Assembly (NCBI RefSeq): GCF_016432865.1
Contig: NC_067400.1
Coordinates: forward strand, 613,800,001-613,864,000
DNA: 64,000 nucleotides
Direction: 5' to 3'
From: Antechinus flavipes
Taxonomy: Eukaryota
The translations under genes and the position numbers were made by a program. Positions 59,136 to 64,000 of the stretch are shown in pieces; position 1 is the first letter of the stretch, and the number at the start of each line of letters is the position of its first letter. A model generated the notes under the pieces. It made no database searches. It worked only from the letters and a program-made list of their open reading frames with translations, and had not been told where the DNA came from.

Positions 59136-60174
59136 AGTAAAAGACAGAGGGAAGGAAGTACAGGAGGAGTCAAGCGAAGTCACTCTGGGAGGCTCGATGG
59201 CAGCTGGATGGCAAAGGGCTCGAAAAACTAAGACTTGTATTTTAGCCCCAAATTGCCAAAGAACAGCGGAAACATCTTGGTGGAGGTTAGGGGGCAGGAG
59301 GGCAGGAGCAGGCCTGTGCTTTAGGAATCTCATTGAGCGGCTGGGAATGGACTGGAGGCAGGGAAGCCCGTCAGGAGTAGGCATGAGGGTCTCAAGTGAC
59401 CAGAGCCGGCAGGAAGGGAGGCACAGAGGGCCAGAAGTGGGATTGTCGAGAGTTGGCAATGAATTAGAAGGCCCTCCGGGATGTGGCCTGGGTACGAGGA
59501 AGGCTAGCGGGGGTTCTGGAGGTCAGAAAGAGGAAGTCAGAAGGAAGGGGGCCTTGGGAAACAGATGAGTTCTGTTTTGGAACGTTCAGTGTGAGCCGCC
59601 CACGGACATCACCGTGTCAGGGGGAGGAATGGTGCCCAGGATCTCAGATTCAGGAGATAGCTGGGGAGGATGAAGGAGGAGGACAGTGACCTCTCCCATG
59701 CCCTTGCACCCTGTCTGATCTTCCCCCACACAGAGACAGTGCCAAGTGTAAGGAAGGGGCCATTAGCTCTGTTTTATGCTGGAGGGAACCGAGGCTGTGG
59801 AGGTGAGCTCATTTGCCTGGAGTCAGTGAGGCCTCAGCCCAGGCCTCCCGCCTCTCCGGCAGCATCTCTTCCTCCACCCCTCCAAACAGCCCGTGTTTAC
59901 ACTGCGCTGCACCTCGGAGGAGCGGCACCGCCACCCGGAAAGTCAGGTAGAGCAGGTCTGGCTTCCCTCCATTTTGCAGGAGACTTGAGTGAAACTCCGG
60001 TGTCCCTGGTTTGTTGGGGATCACGTGACTAGGAGGCTCTGGTAGGGCCGGTGGGAAGGGTGAGTGGATTAGTCAGGGGGTCAGAGTGTGTCCTGGAAGT
60101 AGAATTGACAAGATTGGGCCATAAATTAAACAATTATAAGAGATGGAGGAAAGTCAGGAAGGGCTCTGTGGGTG

Positions 60175-60447
60175 CAGGATCTGGACCCCAAGGCGCAGGA
60201 TCTGAACCCAAAGACACAGGATCTAGACCTGAGAGTGCAGGATCTAGACCCAAAGGCACAAGATTTGGACCTGAGGGTGCAGGATCTGGATTCAAAGGTA
60301 CAAGATCTGAACCCAAAGGCCCAGGATCTGAATCTGAAACTGCAGAATCTGGAACTGAAGGCACAAGATCTAGACCCAAGGGTGCAGAATCTGGACCCAA
60401 TGGTACAGGCTCTGGACCCGAGGGCACAGCATCTGGATTCAAGTTAT
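60175..60447 (+). repeat. 21-bp tandem repeat x13, no indels
   Basis: Consensus CAGGATCTGGACCCAAAGGCA. Confidence 0.95.
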
Positions 60448-60499
60448 GTCCCTCTCTGGGCCCAGCTCTCCCCCACTATTCTTCCTGGGAGCTAAGAAT

Positions 60500-60720
60500 A
60501 ATCATCCTAAATAGCACAATCATAGAATTTCGGAGTTGGAAGGGAGGGCAGGGATCTCTCTAGCCCAACCCATATTTGAAGACTTCCCTCTAAAACACAC
60601 CCAACAAACAGTCAACCAGCCCCTGCCTGAAACCTGCCAGTGGCGCTGAACTCATTACCTCTGAGGCAGCTGCTGGCCCTCTTGGACAGCTCTGGTTATG
60701 GGAAAGCTGCTCCTGGGTCT
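60500..60720 (+). mobile_element. L3/CR1 or MIR3-like remnant
   Basis: atcatagaatt...gttggaaggg...ctagcccaacc...ggacagctct similar to a CR1/MIR3 tail. Confidence 0.5.
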
Positions 60721-62734
60721 CAAGCCTCAGTTTGCTCTTGATTGCCATTATCATCATCCCCCCCAAACCCAGAGTGAGGCTCCCCATGGCAGGCCTCCAA
60801 GCACTTCATGACAGCTCCAACCCCAGACTCCAGGTTCTCAAAATGTGGCACTAAGGGAGCTGACTAGTCCTTAGGAGTCTCACAGCAGGCTGGGACCTGC
60901 CTCCTCCTTCTCCCTAAAAGCTCATGTGGCCCAAGAATGAATTGTGGCCGCCACATCCCAGGGAGAGAAAAGCATTTATTAAACACTTGCTGTATGCCAG
61001 ACTGAGGCTAGAAAACAGAAATAGGGGCCAATCCTGGGACTCAAGGAGTTCATATTCTAGTAGTGGAGAGGAGACATAGCAAATTCTGGTGCTCCTGAGG
61101 GTGGAGCCCCAGGACCCAGAGAGTGGCCAGTGTGGGGGAATAGTTTCTCTATCCCCATTAACACAGCTTATTGCTCCGTTGTTCTGAATCTTTGTCAGTT
61201 GTGTCTGAATCTGTGATCTTATCTGAGGGGTTTTTGGCAGATACTAGAGTGGTTTGCCATTTTCTTCCCCAGCCAATTTTACAGATAAGGAAACTGAGAC
61301 AGAACGGAGTGAAGTGACTTGCCCAGAGTCACACAACTAGGATTTGAATTCTTGCTTTGCACTCTGGTGGCCGCCCCCCCTCCCCGGGGCCCTTCCATTC
61401 ACAGCAGATGACATTCTATAAAACTTTTCGGGTTCCATAGTGTGTGCTTTCTCATACGTGATGCCCTTTGAGCCTCGTAACTCCTCGGGGCAAAGTGGTA
61501 TGGCCCCCCAAAGGTGGCCCTCCGGCCTGAGCTTCCTGACCCAGTTCTCGCTCAGCCGTGTCTGGAGTTCTAGGGGGCCCTAGACAGCCAGGCACTGAGG
61601 AGGGAGTGGGGAGACGGGGCCGTTAGGCAGGAGTAGGACAATATGTGGCAGTCCTGGAGATGGAGCCTCTCTGGGTGACCTCTCTGATCTCCGTTTCCTT
61701 GTTGTGTCAGAGAGATGGACTCTGGTACTTGTTAGGTCCCTCCCAGCCCCGAAGTGGGAGACAGGAGGGCCAGAGGCTGCTCCCACCTCGGCTCTGCCAA
61801 CCCTGGCCCTCGGGGTCCATGAACTTGGGGGTGCAGGGGGGCGTCATCTTAATTACAGAGATAGGAAGCTGATGTGAGGGGAAGCCTCGGGCTCCAGCTG
61901 GCAGCCACACCCCAGTGTCAAGGCTCCAGGACTGGGGAAGTTGGCGAGGCAGAAGGAAGAAGGGCTCCCAGGCCAGCAGTGAGATTTCACAGGATTCTGG
62001 CCAGAAAGAGCCTTTGGCCCCATCTGGGCCAACTCCTCTGTCTGACAGAGAAGGAAACTGAGGCTCAAAGAATACGGGGTGCTCTGGGAGCCCAGTATCC
62101 CACAGGGCAGCCTGTTGGGATGCATTTATTAAGCACCTACTGTGTGCCAGGCCCGGTGGATACAAAAAGATCTATCCTGCTCGCAAGGAGCTGCTGATGT
62201 GATGGGGAGGTGACAGTAAGCAAGGCTGCCTCCCAATGGGCTGCGCGCAGGAGGAACGAGGCATAATTAGGAGGGGGAGGGCCCCGGGTGAAGGGGCTCC
62301 CCCAGGAGGAGGAATTATCAGGGAACGGCCCCGGGGCCGCAGACCCTCGGGTGGGTAGAAGCGGCGGAGCGGGCGGGGGCGGGAGGTCCCCCTGCCTGGC
62401 GGGCGCCCGCACCAGCCGCTTTGCTCGCACACAGGCGCACGCGCAGTGACTCACCCACGCCGGCCGCCCACCCAGCCTGGGAGTGGGAGCGGGCCCAGTG
62501 TTTGGGATCTCCAGACTGGCTGGCCTGGGGGGGTGGGGGTGGAGAGACTGCTTTGTTCGCCGAGCCGGCTGGGGGTGGGAACTCCCCGGAGCGCGCAGTC
62601 TATGCAGAGGGGCTGAGGTCTGCAGTGGCGCTGAGGAAGGTGGGGCCAGCCCCAGACCCCGCCCCCGGCCGCGCCGCTGCTGCTGGGAGGTGGGGCCAGC
62701 CACTGGCTGAGCCGGCCCCTTTGCTGTCTCGCAG

Positions 62735-62807
62735 CCTCCAGCCTGGCCCGTCTCCCCATCTGGGAGAAGAAAGACATCGGGGGCCTTTGGGAGGACTCTC
62801 CTTCCAG
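62735..62807 (+). other. PLD3: Probable PLD3 5'UTR exon
   Basis: Acceptor ctttgctgtctcgcag| and donor ccag|gtaaga. It lies downstream of a CpG-rich patch (62330-62460) with AP-1 TGACTCA at 62447-62453, which may be an alternative promoter. Confidence 0.55.
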
Positions 62808-63555
62808 GTAAGAGAGCTGAGCCCACGCGAAGGCCTCTGGGGAGAGCCGGGGATTGACTGGGCACCTGGACCCGGCCCCAGAGAGAGGCTGGGCCCCCCA
62901 CCCCTCGCCCCTCTCCTCCCCTCTGTCCGGGGCATGGGGCACTGCCATCCACCCGATTTCTCAGTGACGCAGGGGAAGGTTACGGCCGCCAGAGCCCTGG
63001 AGACCGGTTCCAAGGGAGGACACCTGGGCTCTCGGTCCCAGCCACCCTGAGCTGCCGCCAGACTCCCCGCCCCCCCAATCCTGCAGCGGGTGCAGGAGCG
63101 GGGCCTTCTGCTGTCACTCAGGCTGCCCCCCTCCCGTCAGAAGTTCCTCTGGAGGAACAATGGGGCGTGACGGTCACAGAGGGTGCTGCGGGGGCCAGGC
63201 GGGGAATCGGGCCTGCTAGAAGCTCCCCGGGGGCTCCCGTCAGCAGCTCTGGCTCTGGAAGCGATTGCTTCTCCCGACTCCATCTGTACAATGGGCACGC
63301 GGGCGGCCCCTCGGAGCCTCGTCTCCTCCCGGGCCCCGAGCGTGAGAAAGGCGAGAGACCTCAGGCATTGCATAAGGGCCGCTCGTGTCCGGCTGGTTTC
63401 CTCCTTTTGAGGGGAAGAGGGCAGGGCATGCCGCCAACAGACCGTGTGATCTCCCCGGACCCCTGCAGGGGGGGAGGGGGCAGGCTGAAATCCTTCTCGT
63501 CTTGCTCGCAGTCCTTCGCCCCACTCCCTGGCCCCGCCAGGCTTCGCTGAGGAAG

Positions 63556-64000
63556 ATGAAGCTGCATACTGTCTACCAACAGGTGAGGGCGAAGAGGCCC
63601 CAGAGGGAGAGGCCGGGGACTCGCAGGGCTCTGTGCCGCAGAGGGCGCGTCCTGGGGGGACTCACACCCACTCTGGGGTCTGCCTTGTTTGTTCCCCCAC
63701 AGTTGAAGCCACGCCCTGAGGAGCAGCTTCCCTCACCTGCTGTGTCCTGGAAACCAGGAGACAAGGTAGAACAGGTTCCGTCGAGCCCTCCCCGTTCACA
63801 CGTCCTGTCACAGGGAGCCGCTTTCACCCACGGGGAGGTGGGCGCAGGGGGGCAGGCCGGCCCGGCCTCCCCACCAAGCTGTTCTTTCCTCCCTTCGTCT
63901 AGAAGGTCCGATGGGTCCTGCTGATCATGACGCTGATGACGATGGGCCTGGGCGCCCTGCTCACCCAGCTGCTGCTGTGGCCCAGGCTCAGGCCCCCCTC
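63556..64000 (+). CDS. PLD3: PLD3-like lysosomal 5'-3' exonuclease, N-terminal part (continues beyond the window)
   Basis: Exons 63556-63582 (27 coding nt), 63703-63765 and 63903-end give MKLHTVYQQ|LKPRPEEQLPSPAVSWKPGDK|KVRWVLLIMTLMTMGLGALLTQLLLWP. This shows a Y7xxL motif, a type II TM helix and PLD3-like exon layout, head-to-head with C19orf47. The catalytic HKD motifs are not in the window. Confidence 0.75.

Noticed and set aside
58649-59568. ORFs with 23-aa repeats on both strands, and a CRISPR-like periodic appearance
   Set aside because: The 69-bp unit is divisible by 3 and nearly identical, with no unique spacers and no cas genes. It is a eukaryotic VNTR.

Overview
This is GC-rich mammalian genomic DNA, most likely from a marsupial given the WSINE1/MAR1-type SINEs and the RTE and marsupial-type L1 remnants. 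It is syntenic with human 19q13.2. Gene order: 3' part of MAP3K10 (+), TTC9B (-), CCNP/CNTD2 (-), AKT2 (-), C19orf47 orthologue (-), and the 5' part of a PLD3-like gene (+). I traced the exon chains by hand from GT-AG sites, reading phase and protein similarity. All four complete genes give intact frames: TTC9B 226 aa, CCNP 314 aa, AKT2 481 aa, C19orf47 384 aa. Most long ORFs in the supplied track are artefacts of GC-rich or tandem-repeat DNA. I found no clearly new multi-gene system. The best leads are: (1) a young, non-SINE inverted duplication in AKT2 intron 4 with 92-bp and 47-bp perfect stretches; (2) a 13 x 21-bp repeat in the PLD3 5' intron with a coding-like, heptad-preserving substitution pattern, next to a candidate CLEAR/FOXO/ETS internal promoter; (3) an 8-exon full-length cyclin P with a 6-nt first coding exon and a G2/M-like CCAAT array; (4) a REST/RE1 site inside TTC9B codons; (5) an unidentified CpG-rich 152-codon antisense frame in AKT2 intron 1; (6) an M344T change at a conserved AKT position. 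Human reference sequences and repeat consensus sequences were compared from memory, not by database search.
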